DNA of 64,000 nt from a virus (taxonomy: Duplodnaviria > Caudoviricetes). Position 1 is the first letter of the stretch. Every line of letters starts with the position of its first letter. The stretch spans positions 1 to 64,000 of the IMG/VR virus record IMGVR_UViG_3300020576_002081; one strand, 5' to 3'. The position numbers were made by a program, and so were the translations under genes. Shown one piece after another: positions 9,076 to 19,454 of the stretch. The notes below the pieces were generated by a model. The model saw only the letters and a list, made by a program, of their open reading frames with translations. It was not told the origin of the DNA and ran no database searches.

Positions 9076-9891
9076 ATGAACAATAATAAAATTAAAAATT
9101 TCCTATTAGGAACAGATCCTGAAATGTTTCTTTATTCTGAAGAACAACAAAAAGTTATACCTGTATGTGGTTTAGTTGGTGGTACTAAAAAAGATCCATT
9201 ACCAATAAGTGATATTAAAGGTTTTAGTTTACAAGAAGATAATGTGGCTTTAGAGTTTACAATACCTCCTGTAGGAAATATTGAAGATTGGGTAAATAAT
9301 ATTAATTTCGTTAAAAATTACGCATCTGAAACAGTACTTAAACCTAAAAATTTGATACCTCTTTATGTAGCTTCAGCTAGATTTGCTGAAGAAGATTTAC
9401 AAACAGAACAAGCACAACATATGGGTTGTGATGTATCATATAATGCTTGGACATTCCAACCGCATGAGGTAGACAGATCAGATTTCAATTTAAGAACTAC
9501 AGGTATGCATATACATGTAGGTTACGATAATCCTGATCCAGAAACTTCATTAGAGATCATTAGAGCTATGGATTTGTTCTTAGGAGTACCAAGTGTTATT
9601 TTAGATCCAGATGTCGAGAGAAGGAAAATGTATGGTAAAGCTGGTGACTATAGACTTAAGAGCTATGGTGTAGAATATAGAGTTTTATCAGGTTACTTTT
9701 TAAATAATGATGAACTCTTAAAATGGGTTTATCAAAACACTATTGCAGCTATTAATTTTGTTAATGAAGGTGGTATTATAACTAATCCACAAGAAATTAT
9801 TGATACAATTGATAATTGTAATAAAAATTCAGCCTTTGAAATCATGGACGATTACAGGGTAGCTATTATTAATTACGAAAAAACAATTTAA
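9076..9891 (+). CDS. phiEco32-like COOH-NH2 ligase type 2
   Basis: GTDPEMF, QEDNVALEF, GCDVSYNAW, RTTGMHIHVGY, RRKMYGKAG..R...YGVEYRVLS. Confidence 0.9.
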   Translation: MNNNKIKNFLLGTDPEMFLYSEEQQKVIPVCGLVGGTKKDPLPISDIKGFSLQEDNVALEFTIPPVGNIEDWVNNINFVKNYASETVLKPKNLIPLYVASARFAEEDLQTEQAQHMGCDVSYNAWTFQPHEVDRSDFNLRTTGMHIHVGYDNPDPETSLEIIRAMDLFLGVPSVILDPDVERRKMYGKAGDYRLKSYGVEYRVLSGYFLNNDELLKWVYQNTIAAINFVNEGGIITNPQEIIDTIDNCNKNSAFEIMDDYRVAIINYEKTI

Positions 9892-9893
9892 AA

Positions 9894-11411
9894 ATGTGTG
9901 GACAATTAGGTTATTCAGGAAAAGAACCGTGTGATATTGAAAAAATAAAGATATTACTATTATGGAATTCACTTGAAAGAGGAGAAGATTCTACAGGTTT
10001 ATATAGTCCTGAAAATGGATTAATAAAAACAATTAAAAAAGGTGCTGATTTTATTATTGATAATGAAATTAAACCAGATTTAATAATGATGGCTCATGCT
10101 AGAGCTAAAACAATAGGAGCCGCTTCTGCTAATAATGCACATCCTTTTAAAAGAGGTAATTGGATTTTACAGCATAATGGTACTTTATCAAACTATTGGG
10201 ATTTAAGAGTAAAATATAATCTTGATTTTAAAGAATATGATGTAGATAGTGATATTTTATGTGGTTCTTTAAATGCTAAGGATGATCTTAAAGTTCTTAA
10301 AGAAATAAATGGACCAGCAGCAGTATTAATTACTAACACTGAACGTCCTAATATTTTAATTGCTTTTAGAAATTCTCTTAGACCACTTTATAGAGGTTTA
10401 ATTAATGGAAACATGTATATATCATCTATTGAAAATTCATTAAAATTAATAGGTTGTACTAAAATTAAAGAATTTAAGGAAGATACAATATATTATATTA
10501 TTGATGGTAAGATAGTTAATACTGTTACAATTAAAAACACTCCTTATGCAAAGAATTATATCAACAATACAAATATTAGAGCTAGTATAAGTCATACTGG
10601 TTATGAATGGGGTCTTAATTGTTGGCTTAGACCAACAAGTTCAATGTGTATAAGTGGACTTGATTTAAAACCAAATTTATATTATTATGTTAAAGAGTTA
10701 CTGGATGTTAATAATTATAAACAATACATTATTTATGATCCTGTTACAAAAAAAGAAGTAAGTATTTATTATGGTAATTTCTTAGCTGAAGATTTGATTT
10801 ATAAAAATACTCTTGTTAAAACTCTTGATGATATTTATTTTAAATCAGATAATAAATTAGCTTTGAAAAAAGGTGAAATTTGTCTTGTTGATACGGTATA
10901 TGAAGATGAAACAATTTCTTTATCTAATCCAAATACAAATGTACAATTAGTAACTTTACATAAAAGATTTATCGTAGCTTTAACAAGAGAAGAAGCTTTA
11001 GAATTTAATAATAAAAGTTCTACTGTTGAATCTGAGAATGAAAATTATGAAAAATTATTATTTGATTTTGAAAAAGATGCACAAATAGATTATACTGTTG
11101 ATGATTCAGATTCTGATAGTGAACATGAAGCTGCTAATAATTTACCTATAGTAGTAAATAACGGAATTGAAAGATTACCTTTTGATACGGATGATGAACA
11201 ATCGGATGATGATGAACAAACTGAAGAAGTAGAAGATGATGATATTACAAAATTTTATGATTTTATTAAAAAACAAACTGAAGAATTAAATGAACTTTAT
11301 ATTTTAACAAAACATGAAGATTTAGAACAAAGTTTGAAAAATAAAATAGCAAGTTTATTATCAGAATCTAATACTGTATTAGACAAAATAACAACCGTTT
11401 TAACAGACTAA
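9894..11411 (+). CDS. Class II (Ntn) glutamine amidotransferase with C-terminal extension and acidic tract
   Basis: N-terminal MCG (catalytic Cys2), RG.DSTG, HARAKT.G, NAHPF, HNGT, DSD. Confidence 0.88.
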   Translation: MCGQLGYSGKEPCDIEKIKILLLWNSLERGEDSTGLYSPENGLIKTIKKGADFIIDNEIKPDLIMMAHARAKTIGAASANNAHPFKRGNWILQHNGTLSNYWDLRVKYNLDFKEYDVDSDILCGSLNAKDDLKVLKEINGPAAVLITNTERPNILIAFRNSLRPLYRGLINGNMYISSIENSLKLIGCTKIKEFKEDTIYYIIDGKIVNTVTIKNTPYAKNYINNTNIRASISHTGYEWGLNCWLRPTSSMCISGLDLKPNLYYYVKELLDVNNYKQYIIYDPVTKKEVSIYYGNFLAEDLIYKNTLVKTLDDIYFKSDNKLALKKGEICLVDTVYEDETISLSNPNTNVQLVTLHKRFIVALTREEALEFNNKSSTVESENENYEKLLFDFEKDAQIDYTVDDSDSDSEHEAANNLPIVVNNGIERLPFDTDDEQSDDDEQTEEVEDDDITKFYDFIKKQTEELNELYILTKHEDLEQSLKNKIASLLSESNTVLDKITTVLTD

Positions 11412-11413
11412 AA

Positions 11414-13459
11414 ATGCCCGATAATAATGAAAATACGAATGATAATAGGACGTTGGTAACTAATGTTGCTACCAATGTAACTTTACAAGATTTTGTTGAT
11501 GCTCTTGAAGGAATTAGAGTTGATCTTAGTCAACCAGTAAATCTGAGTGTAAGTATAGATGATCTTGATACTGCTCCAGCAATAGAACAACCAGCCTCTG
11601 ATAGAGAAGTGATTATTGAAAATTTAAATATAGATTACACATTTGATAGTTCTACTGAATTAACATTATCTTTATATCACCACTTAAGACTTCTTCTTTT
11701 AAGAGTTATAGAAAATGGTTATGGTAATAGATTTGAGTCAATAGAATGTCCTTCAAGAAGAACTTATAAAATTTTAAGAGTTTTAGTTAGTCCCGATAGT
11801 GAACTTGCTGATGTAACTTTTAGATATATAGGAGAAGCTATTATACAAAGACCCCAGTATACAGTTCATTTAGGTAATCAAAGGCAACCAGCTGTTTATA
11901 GATTTGCACGTTCTGATTATTTCTACGTATCAGGTGGTTGGGCAATAAATAGACAAGCTGTTCGTGAAGCTAATAATGATGATGAATTAATAGAAAATTT
12001 GAATTATGAAAAAATGAAAAATAATAAAATTAAAGATTTTGAAGGTAATTTAGTAGATAGTACTTTAGCTGTTAATTCTGTTATAGGAGTTATTAATAAA
12101 AAAGATCCTAGATTTTTTGAAGATGCTCTTAAAAGTAATTATTATTTAACAGATGATAAAGAATTAATTAGAGCTTATGGTATATCTGCAAAAACTATAA
12201 TGCTACGTATAAATTTTGATTCTGAAGGTGTTTCACATGGAAATTTAAAAACCCATGAAAGACGTATACATTTAGCTCCTGCAGTTTATAATCCTAAAAA
12301 TCATAGAACTGAATTTTATACCACTTATGAAGAAACATTAACTCCAAATTTTAAAAAGTTTTATGTTGAGGATTTGTATACAGGAAACTTTGTGCATAAA
12401 GAGTATGCTAATATATTACAGCCTTTTGAAAAATCAATGAAAATTAACGGTATTGAGTTTAATCATTCATTTGATAAGTTTCTTAAAGATCACATAGATA
12501 AACCTATGACCTATAAAAGTACATTAGGTAAAAAATATCAATTTGGTATTGAGTTAGAAACTATTAGTGGTTTAGTTCCGATGTATGTTATGAACAAACT
12601 TTATTGTTCGTCTGTACATGATGGTTCATTAAGACAACCAGATGATAATCAAGCTTATGGTAAAGAATATGTTACTTGTGTATTACAAGGTGATGCTGGT
12701 ATGAAAGCTTTACAAAACATTTGTTATGAAACTAGTCTTAGAACATTAGTTAATTATAAATGTGGTGTACATACTCATATATCAGGACCTGTTTTTAATA
12801 AAGAAACTATAGTTTTAATGTATATGGTTTATCAGGCTATACAAAATGAAATATTTACGTTATTACCAATAAGTAGACGTAATAATGAATATTGTAGACC
12901 TATAAAACAAATGAATTTAAAACTTAGTCTTTTAAAACAAGATAGGTATAAATACTTCCCTTTATATTACGCTGATATCATTAAATTTTTATCAGGTACT
13001 ACTAGACCAACTGGTGATGTTAATAAGTCTAAAAATCATCCTAAAGGTAATAAATGTGGTTATGACCATAATACAGCACGATATTGTTGGGTTAATTTTA
13101 TTCCTTCAGTATTTAATACTCGTAAAAACGGTACTTATACTATTGAATTTAGACCAATGAGTGGTACAACGTCTTATTATAAGATTAAAAATTGGACATT
13201 ATTATGTATGGCTTTAGTTGATTTTGTAGAAAATTATAAAAGCTATATATACTCTTTAGATACTTTAGGTAACATTACTTTGGATACAATTGTAGATGTT
13301 GTTTATGGTGCAAAAGGAGCTAAACTTAAAGCTTGGATTAATAAAAGAAAAGATAGGTTTAATATCAATTCTTTACCTAAAGAAGATTTAGATAAAAATG
13401 AAACAATAGATTATTTAGAAGGAGATTTAGAAAAAATTAATTCAATTAAAAATTTATAA
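11414..13459 (+). CDS. Putative amidoligase (Amidoligase_2-like COOH-NH2 ligase) with long N-terminal extension
   Basis: FGIELET, HDGSL, EYVT, CGVHTHI, RYCWVN, TIEFRPMSGT in the C-terminal ~310 aa. Confidence 0.85.
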   Translation: MPDNNENTNDNRTLVTNVATNVTLQDFVDALEGIRVDLSQPVNLSVSIDDLDTAPAIEQPASDREVIIENLNIDYTFDSSTELTLSLYHHLRLLLLRVIENGYGNRFESIECPSRRTYKILRVLVSPDSELADVTFRYIGEAIIQRPQYTVHLGNQRQPAVYRFARSDYFYVSGGWAINRQAVREANNDDELIENLNYEKMKNNKIKDFEGNLVDSTLAVNSVIGVINKKDPRFFEDALKSNYYLTDDKELIRAYGISAKTIMLRINFDSEGVSHGNLKTHERRIHLAPAVYNPKNHRTEFYTTYEETLTPNFKKFYVEDLYTGNFVHKEYANILQPFEKSMKINGIEFNHSFDKFLKDHIDKPMTYKSTLGKKYQFGIELETISGLVPMYVMNKLYCSSVHDGSLRQPDDNQAYGKEYVTCVLQGDAGMKALQNICYETSLRTLVNYKCGVHTHISGPVFNKETIVLMYMVYQAIQNEIFTLLPISRRNNEYCRPIKQMNLKLSLLKQDRYKYFPLYYADIIKFLSGTTRPTGDVNKSKNHPKGNKCGYDHNTARYCWVNFIPSVFNTRKNGTYTIEFRPMSGTTSYYKIKNWTLLCMALVDFVENYKSYIYSLDTLGNITLDTIVDVVYGAKGAKLKAWINKRKDRFNINSLPKEDLDKNETIDYLEGDLEKINSIKNL

Positions 13460-13460
13460 T

Positions 13461-14741
13461 ATGTGTTTAATAAGTATTTGTCCAGTTGGGACAGAAAAGT
13501 TTAATAAAGAAGTAGAAGAATTCATTAGAAGTGGAGCTTCTTGTAATAGACAAGGTAGTGGATTTATGTATAAAAAACATAATGATGCTAGTGTTTATAT
13601 TAAAAAAGGTTATTTTGATATTGATTTATTAATCAAAGATTTAAAAGATTTGAATTTAGGAGTAGATGATGAGTTAGTAATTCATCATAGAACAGCAACT
13701 TCTGGACTTGTTACTGGTGAAAATACTCATCCTTTCATTATAAGTAATAGTGAAGATGAAACTATATTTAAAGGTACTAAAGTAACTAATAAACCAGCAA
13801 TGGTACATAATGGTATGTTTTGGGATATTAAAGAATACATGGCTTTAAATACAGATTTATCAGACACGTATGCTTTTGCTACACACTTGATGCCTTACTT
13901 AATAGATTTATTTGAAAAAGAGCCTGTATTATTTCAAAAATTAACAAATGATATTATAGGAACTGATAAAGTTTGTATTTTATATCCTGAAATAAACAAA
14001 CCTTTAGCTAAGATGGGTAGATTTATTGAAAAAGAAGGATATTATCATTCTAATATGGGCTATTGTTCAAATTATTTTGATAGAGGAGGTGTTGCAAATT
14101 TTACCAGGGCCATTGGGACTAATCTTATAGGTGAAGGATTTAATATTCCTAATTTAGTAAGAACTAAAAAAGATTTTATTCCTGTTGGCCCTAAAAATAA
14201 AGTAAAACATATTGCTGGAGCACCAGATATCTTAGTATCAAGATTAGATCGTACTGTAATTAATATTACTAAATCAAATTACAAAGATTTTCATTACAGA
14301 AAAAAAGCAGACGTTTTAACAAAAAATCCTAATAATATTATTTGGTATACAATGTCTGATTTTGATGAACTTTGTGATCTTCAAATATTAACTGGGTATG
14401 ATTCAAATAGTGTAAAACAAATAAGCTTAGCAATTCCTTTATCAGAAATTCATCGCGATTATTTATTTACACCAGTAAAACCTCTTATTCAATATTATGA
14501 ATGTTTCTTACAAATAGTTTCTAAAAAACCAATGTATTCTAAAAATGCTCTTAAGGATTTAGAAAAACTATTAAGTAAGAATTTCAGTAAAAAAGATGAT
14601 GAGTTTATTAGGTACAAAGCTATTAACAATCAAGAATATAAAAAATCATTAATGATTTACAAAAACTATTTAGAATTATGCAGAGATGCAATAAGTAAAG
14701 CTAAAAAAGATTTTGAACCAGTGTTACAAGCTTTAAATTAA
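13461..14741 (+). CDS. Second class II glutamine amidotransferase
   Basis: MCLI (Cys2), HHRTATSG, NTHPF, HNG, SDT. Confidence 0.85.
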   Translation: MCLISICPVGTEKFNKEVEEFIRSGASCNRQGSGFMYKKHNDASVYIKKGYFDIDLLIKDLKDLNLGVDDELVIHHRTATSGLVTGENTHPFIISNSEDETIFKGTKVTNKPAMVHNGMFWDIKEYMALNTDLSDTYAFATHLMPYLIDLFEKEPVLFQKLTNDIIGTDKVCILYPEINKPLAKMGRFIEKEGYYHSNMGYCSNYFDRGGVANFTRAIGTNLIGEGFNIPNLVRTKKDFIPVGPKNKVKHIAGAPDILVSRLDRTVINITKSNYKDFHYRKKADVLTKNPNNIIWYTMSDFDELCDLQILTGYDSNSVKQISLAIPLSEIHRDYLFTPVKPLIQYYECFLQIVSKKPMYSKNALKDLEKLLSKNFSKKDDEFIRYKAINNQEYKKSLMIYKNYLELCRDAISKAKKDFEPVLQALN

Positions 14742-14990
14742 ATGCTTAGAGAAAAAACAATAAAAAACCATAGTGATATACAAAAGAAATTATATGTATA
14801 TATACCTATGATAATAGATTTGCATGAAAATATAGTTTTATCATATAAAGAAATACAAAAAGAACTGCTTAACAATTTTAATTGTAGCGTTAGCCTTGAT
14901 GATATTAACTTATATTTTGAACCAAATCTAACAGAAGAAACACTAAATACAGAATTATTAACAAATAATTTAGGTATACGTTATGACTAA
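14742..14990 (+). CDS. Hypothetical protein (82 aa)
   Basis: ORF in a coupled operon. Confidence 0.75.
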   Translation: MLREKTIKNHSDIQKKLYVYIPMIIDLHENIVLSYKEIQKELLNNFNCSVSLDDINLYFEPNLTEETLNTELLTNNLGIRYD

Positions 14991-15591
14991 TTATAACATG
15001 AACATTAAAACAATTATTGAACTTGAATTAGGATTTGAAGAATATTTTGTTTTAAAATGTTTATATTATAATGATAAAAACTTGTTAGTAGATTATGTAA
15101 CTAAATGTAAGAAAATAAATACTGATTTATTTAAAGAATTGCACTCTAAAGGATATATTCTTATTAATACTTTAGACTTTACAAAAATATATTATGAGAA
15201 CTTATCTTTGTCTGAGAAAGGTGCTGAAATATTGCAAACAACAGAAGCATCCGAACTTTTAGTTCACACGGCTGACGAACTTAAATCAGGAAGTAATTTC
15301 GAGAGTTTTAGACAACTTTATCCTAATCGCGTAAAACAAGCTTCTGGTTACAGAAACTTACATACGGATTTGAAAAGATGTCGAAAGCTTTATGACAAGT
15401 TATGTATGGAAACATCGCATGATATATTATGTAAGTGTGCTAAACTTTATATTGAAGATTGTCAAAAGAGCAATACTTATATACAGAATTTAGCTACTTG
15501 GTTACATCAAGAAAATTACAAGAATTATTTAGACGATACTTCAGAAAACAACAATAAAACAAACAACTTTACAAATCTTGAAGCAATTTAA
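14983..15591 (+). CDS. Putative replication initiator / helicase-loader-like protein
   Basis: wHTH-like N-terminus, FESFRQLYP...NLATWLHQE C-terminus; lies directly upstream of the helicase. Confidence 0.55.
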   Translation: MTNYNMNIKTIIELELGFEEYFVLKCLYYNDKNLLVDYVTKCKKINTDLFKELHSKGYILINTLDFTKIYYENLSLSEKGAEILQTTEASELLVHTADELKSGSNFESFRQLYPNRVKQASGYRNLHTDLKRCRKLYDKLCMETSHDILCKCAKLYIEDCQKSNTYIQNLATWLHQENYKNYLDDTSENNNKTNNFTNLEAI

Positions 15592-15592
15592 T

Positions 15593-16645
15593 ATGCAAGA
15601 AAGAATCGCCTCTGGTTTAAGTGGCGATTACGAGGGATTGGATAATGGATTAGATAGAATTAATAATTATATTTTTGGTATTCAAAGAGCTTGTTACACT
15701 TTAATAGGTGGATTATCAGGTTCTGCTAAGACTACCTATTTAGATTTCACTATACTTAATGCTATAGAAGATGCTGAAAATAAAGGTATAAATATTAATG
15801 TAATCTATTATTCATGGGAAATAGACGAGGTAACAAAAAGAGCTAATTGGCTATCAGTTTTAATCTACAAAAAGTATGGAATAATAATACCACCTGAGAA
15901 AATTAAAGGTTTTGGTAAAAACAGACTTGCGGAAGATGAACAACAATTAGTTTTTGATGAAATTCCTAATTTAGAAAGAATATTTTCTAAGATTAAGTGG
16001 ATTTGGGAATCACAAAATCCATATGGTATGTATAGATACTGGTTTGATTTTATGACGTCTAGAGGAGAATTGATTAAAGAAAAATATATTGATGAGAATG
16101 ATATTGAAAAAGAAAGACTTGTTAGATGCGATTTACATGATCCTAAAGAATATAATATAGTAGCGGTAGACCACATTGCTTTGGCTAAACTAGAAAGAGG
16201 ATTTACGTTAAAACAAAACATTGATAAGCTTTCTGAATATGCTGTATTTTGTAGAAATTTATTTAAAATGACTTTTATATTTTTACAGCAATTCAATCAA
16301 GGGTTAAGTAGTGTTGAAAGACAAAAATTCAAAGGAGCTGATATTTCTCCACAACAATCAGACTTTAGAGATAGTACTAACCCATATCAAGATTCAGATA
16401 TAGCACTTGGGTTAATGAATGCTTATAAAATGGATATGGAAACATGTCTTGATTATAACATTAATTATAGAGGTGCAGGATATAACTTAAAAGATTCATT
16501 CAGAATGCTTAAAGTTATAAAAAACAGGCTAAGTAGGGATAATATAGCAATAGGCTTATTATTCTTACCCAAATCTGGTAGTTTTAAAGAGTTACCAGAG
16601 CCACAAAACTTAACCCCTAATTGGTTAAGTGAGAACATAGGTTAA
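15593..16645 (+). CDS. dnaB: DnaB-like replicative helicase
   Basis: GGLSGSAKTT (Walker A), YYSWEI, VAVDHI (Walker B), QQFNQ, DFRDS, KNR. Likely ATG at 15593. Confidence 0.88.
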   Translation: MQERIASGLSGDYEGLDNGLDRINNYIFGIQRACYTLIGGLSGSAKTTYLDFTILNAIEDAENKGININVIYYSWEIDEVTKRANWLSVLIYKKYGIIIPPEKIKGFGKNRLAEDEQQLVFDEIPNLERIFSKIKWIWESQNPYGMYRYWFDFMTSRGELIKEKYIDENDIEKERLVRCDLHDPKEYNIVAVDHIALAKLERGFTLKQNIDKLSEYAVFCRNLFKMTFIFLQQFNQGLSSVERQKFKGADISPQQSDFRDSTNPYQDSDIALGLMNAYKMDMETCLDYNINYRGAGYNLKDSFRMLKVIKNRLSRDNIAIGLLFLPKSGSFKELPEPQNLTPNWLSENIG

Positions 16646-16646
16646 A

Positions 16647-17372
16647 ATGGTGCAAGGAATAGAATTACCAATTAAAAAAGTACTACCAAGTACAGTAAAT
16701 CCTAAAAGGTTAGTTATTTATTCAAAGCCTAAGACTGGTAAAACATCAGCAATGGCTGGATTAGATAACAATTTAATATTAGATTTAGAAAAAGGTTCTA
16801 ATTATGTAGAGGCTTTAAAAATTGATGTTAGCTCGCTAGCAGATTTAAAAGCTATTGGAAAGAAGATTAAAGAAAGCGGATACCCTTATAAATTTATTAG
16901 TTTAGATACTGTAACAGTACTAGAAGATATGGTTAAACCTTTAGCCGCAGATCTATATAGAGCTACTCCTATGGGTAAAAATTTTACTGATAATGATGTA
17001 TTAAAATTACCTAATGGTGCTGGTTATATGTACTTAAGAGATGCTTTTTTTCAAGTATTAGATTATGTAGATACGTTAGCACCTCACATTATACTTTCAG
17101 GTCATATTAAAGACAAGCAAGTAGATGATAAAGGAGAGTTAGTTATGGCCGCAAATATTGATTTAACTGGTAAAATTAAATCATTAATATGCAGTCAAGC
17201 AGATGCTATTGGATATATGTTTAGAAGAGGAAATCAGACTATTATTAGCTTTAAATCAAGTGATGATGTAACTTGCGGTGCAAGACCTGAACACTTGAAA
17301 AATCAAGAGATAGTATTAGCTGAAGAGATTGATGGAAAATTGATTACTTATTGGGAGAGAATATATAAATAA
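16647..17372 (+). CDS. AAA_24 / Sak4-like ATPase
   Basis: YSKPKTGKT, LDLEKG, ISLDTVT, SGH, ADAIGY. Confidence 0.88.
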   Translation: MVQGIELPIKKVLPSTVNPKRLVIYSKPKTGKTSAMAGLDNNLILDLEKGSNYVEALKIDVSSLADLKAIGKKIKESGYPYKFISLDTVTVLEDMVKPLAADLYRATPMGKNFTDNDVLKLPNGAGYMYLRDAFFQVLDYVDTLAPHIILSGHIKDKQVDDKGELVMAANIDLTGKIKSLICSQADAIGYMFRRGNQTIISFKSSDDVTCGARPEHLKNQEIVLAEEIDGKLITYWERIYK

Positions 17373-17397
17373 TAGTAACACTTAAAAAAGAAAAAAT

Positions 17398-17988
17398 ATG
17401 AGTTTTAGTTTAAAACAAGAAGAAGGAACACAATCAACAAGTAAATATCCTGAGTATCAAAAACCTGGAATTTACGAAAACGTTAAAATTACTGAAATTA
17501 AATTCGGTCGTTCTAGCGTTAAACAAAGTCCGTATATTTTAATGTCCACATTAGGTCAAAATGGAGAAGTTGGTAAATCAAATAGAATGTGGTTAACTAC
17601 TGAAAAGAGTGCAAACCCTGATGGTAGTTTGAAACCACAAACTGGTTGGAGTATTACAGCTAAAAACATTGTTGACTTAATTTGTGCAACATCTGATATG
17701 CCAAGATCGCAAGCAGAAGCAATTGAATTAGTACCTTCTAAAGAGGAAAATATTGAAAAACAATATGAATCTTTAGTAAATACAGTTTCAGAACTTTTAA
17801 TTGGTAAACCATTCCGTGGTAAATTTAAAGGTGAAGAATCTGCTACAGGTACAATTTATGCTACTCTTGATAAAGTAGAATCAATGAATATCCCTAAACA
17901 AGTTTCAGGGCTTCGTTGGAATCCTGAATATGATATTAAAAAGTTTGCACAACCACAAAGTGTTAATGCAACAAATTTTGGTGACTAA
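17398..17988 (+). CDS. Putative single-stranded DNA-binding protein
   Basis: PGIYENVKITEIKF OB-like start; position between the AAA ATPase and primase. Confidence 0.55.
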   Translation: MSFSLKQEEGTQSTSKYPEYQKPGIYENVKITEIKFGRSSVKQSPYILMSTLGQNGEVGKSNRMWLTTEKSANPDGSLKPQTGWSITAKNIVDLICATSDMPRSQAEAIELVPSKEENIEKQYESLVNTVSELLIGKPFRGKFKGEESATGTIYATLDKVESMNIPKQVSGLRWNPEYDIKKFAQPQSVNATNFGD

Positions 17989-17991
17989 TAT

Positions 17992-18022
17992 AACAGCCTT
18001 ATTAATTTAAGGCTGTTTATTT
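17992..18022 (+). terminator. Rho-independent terminator
   Basis: AACAGCCTTA/TAAGGCTGTT perfect 10-bp stem plus T-rich tail. Confidence 0.8.
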
Positions 18023-18028
18023 AAAATC

Positions 18029-19033
18029 ATGTTTAAATTAACAGATGCTTATAAAGAACTAACAGTAGATTTTATCTTAAGCAAAGTAAGTGAATACGAA
18101 CTGTGGAGATATTATTGTACAAATTTTGAAAAAATAGATAAACCTTTTTGTTCAGATTTATACGATGATAAAAACCCAGGTTGTAGGATATTTTATGCTA
18201 ATACTAATCGCCTTTTATACAAAGATTTTGGAAACGAAGGTGTTACATATAACGTGTTTGAATATATTCAAGTAAAGTATATGTGTAATTTTAAACAATG
18301 TTTAGAAATTATAGCTAAAGACTTTGGTTTAAGAGAATCTGCTGTTATTCTTAATAAGGAAAGTAAAAAAATAATTCTTGATGAAATTCCTAAAGTTAAA
18401 CAAAAATCTAGAATTGAAATTGTACCACGTCCTTTTAAAATTATAGATTATAATTACTGGAATCAATATTATATTCCTTTAAAAATGCTTAGGGAATATG
18501 ATGTTTTTGCTTGTAAACATGTATATCTATATAAAAATGATGATTTGATTATCTTTAATGAAAATTCAAATAATCCTATGTATGCTTATAGGTTTACAAA
18601 TAATGGTTCTTATAGTTACAAAATATATAAACCTTATGAAGCAAACAAAGATTACAAATGGTTATTTAGTGGTGGTTCTCAAGAAGATATTGAGGGTTAC
18701 GATCAGTTAAATTTACATGGAGATAAATTAATTTTAACAAAATCTTTAAAAGACGTAATGGTTTATAGATTATGTGGGTACAACGCAATATCATTACAAG
18801 GTGAAACTAATAAACTATCATCAGAATTAGTTAATAAATTATTTAAAAGATTTAATGAAATTATCGTTAATTATGATAATGATGCTGAAGGGATTAAAGG
18901 TTCTACAAGGCTAAACCAGCAATATGGTTTTAAATACTTTTATGTAGATGAGTTTAAAGACATTAGTGATTATTGTAAACATTATGGTTTAGAAAAGACT
19001 AAAGAATTAATTAAAAATAAATTAAATGAATAA
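18029..19033 (+). CDS. DNA primase (TOPRIM)
   Basis: PFCSDLYDDKNPGC, YKDFG, ILTKSLKDV, AISLQGE, NYDND..G, KDISDY. Confidence 0.88.
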   Translation: MFKLTDAYKELTVDFILSKVSEYELWRYYCTNFEKIDKPFCSDLYDDKNPGCRIFYANTNRLLYKDFGNEGVTYNVFEYIQVKYMCNFKQCLEIIAKDFGLRESAVILNKESKKIILDEIPKVKQKSRIEIVPRPFKIIDYNYWNQYYIPLKMLREYDVFACKHVYLYKNDDLIIFNENSNNPMYAYRFTNNGSYSYKIYKPYEANKDYKWLFSGGSQEDIEGYDQLNLHGDKLILTKSLKDVMVYRLCGYNAISLQGETNKLSSELVNKLFKRFNEIIVNYDNDAEGIKGSTRLNQQYGFKYFYVDEFKDISDYCKHYGLEKTKELIKNKLNE

Positions 19034-19256
19034 TATACCAACAGCAGAAGAATTTTGTAAATCTTATGAAACTAAAGGTAAGACTTGGCAAGATAATTTT
19101 CATGAAACAATGATAGAATTTGCTAAATTACATGTTAAAGCTGCTATTAAAGAATGTATAGAATCTGCTCCATCTGGTTCATCTACTGATACTGTAAGTT
19201 ATGAAGATGTTAAAGAAGCATTAAAGGATTGTTATCCTGAAACAAATATTAAATAA
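19026..19256 (+). CDS. Hypothetical protein (76 aa)
   Basis: ORF in a coupled operon. Confidence 0.75.
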   Translation: MNNIPTAEEFCKSYETKGKTWQDNFHETMIEFAKLHVKAAIKECIESAPSGSSTDTVSYEDVKEALKDCYPETNIK

Positions 19257-19262
19257 AATTTT

Positions 19263-19454
19263 ATGAGTAAAATATTTAAAAAGAAAAATAAAAACAATTA
19301 TGTAACAATAGCTTTATTTGGGGTATTAATAGGATTAGTTGTAGAAATACTTAATTCTTTTAGTATACCACAAATGGGTATGAAACAATGGTTTTTATTA
19401 ACATTATTCGGTATGGTAGGTCAAATACTAATAGAAAAATACTTTAGAGAATGA
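19263..19454 (+). CDS. Small membrane protein (2 TM)
   Basis: Basic N-terminus plus two hydrophobic helices. Confidence 0.7.
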   Translation: MSKIFKKKNKNNYVTIALFGVLIGLVVEILNSFSIPQMGMKQWFLLTLFGMVGQILIEKYFRE

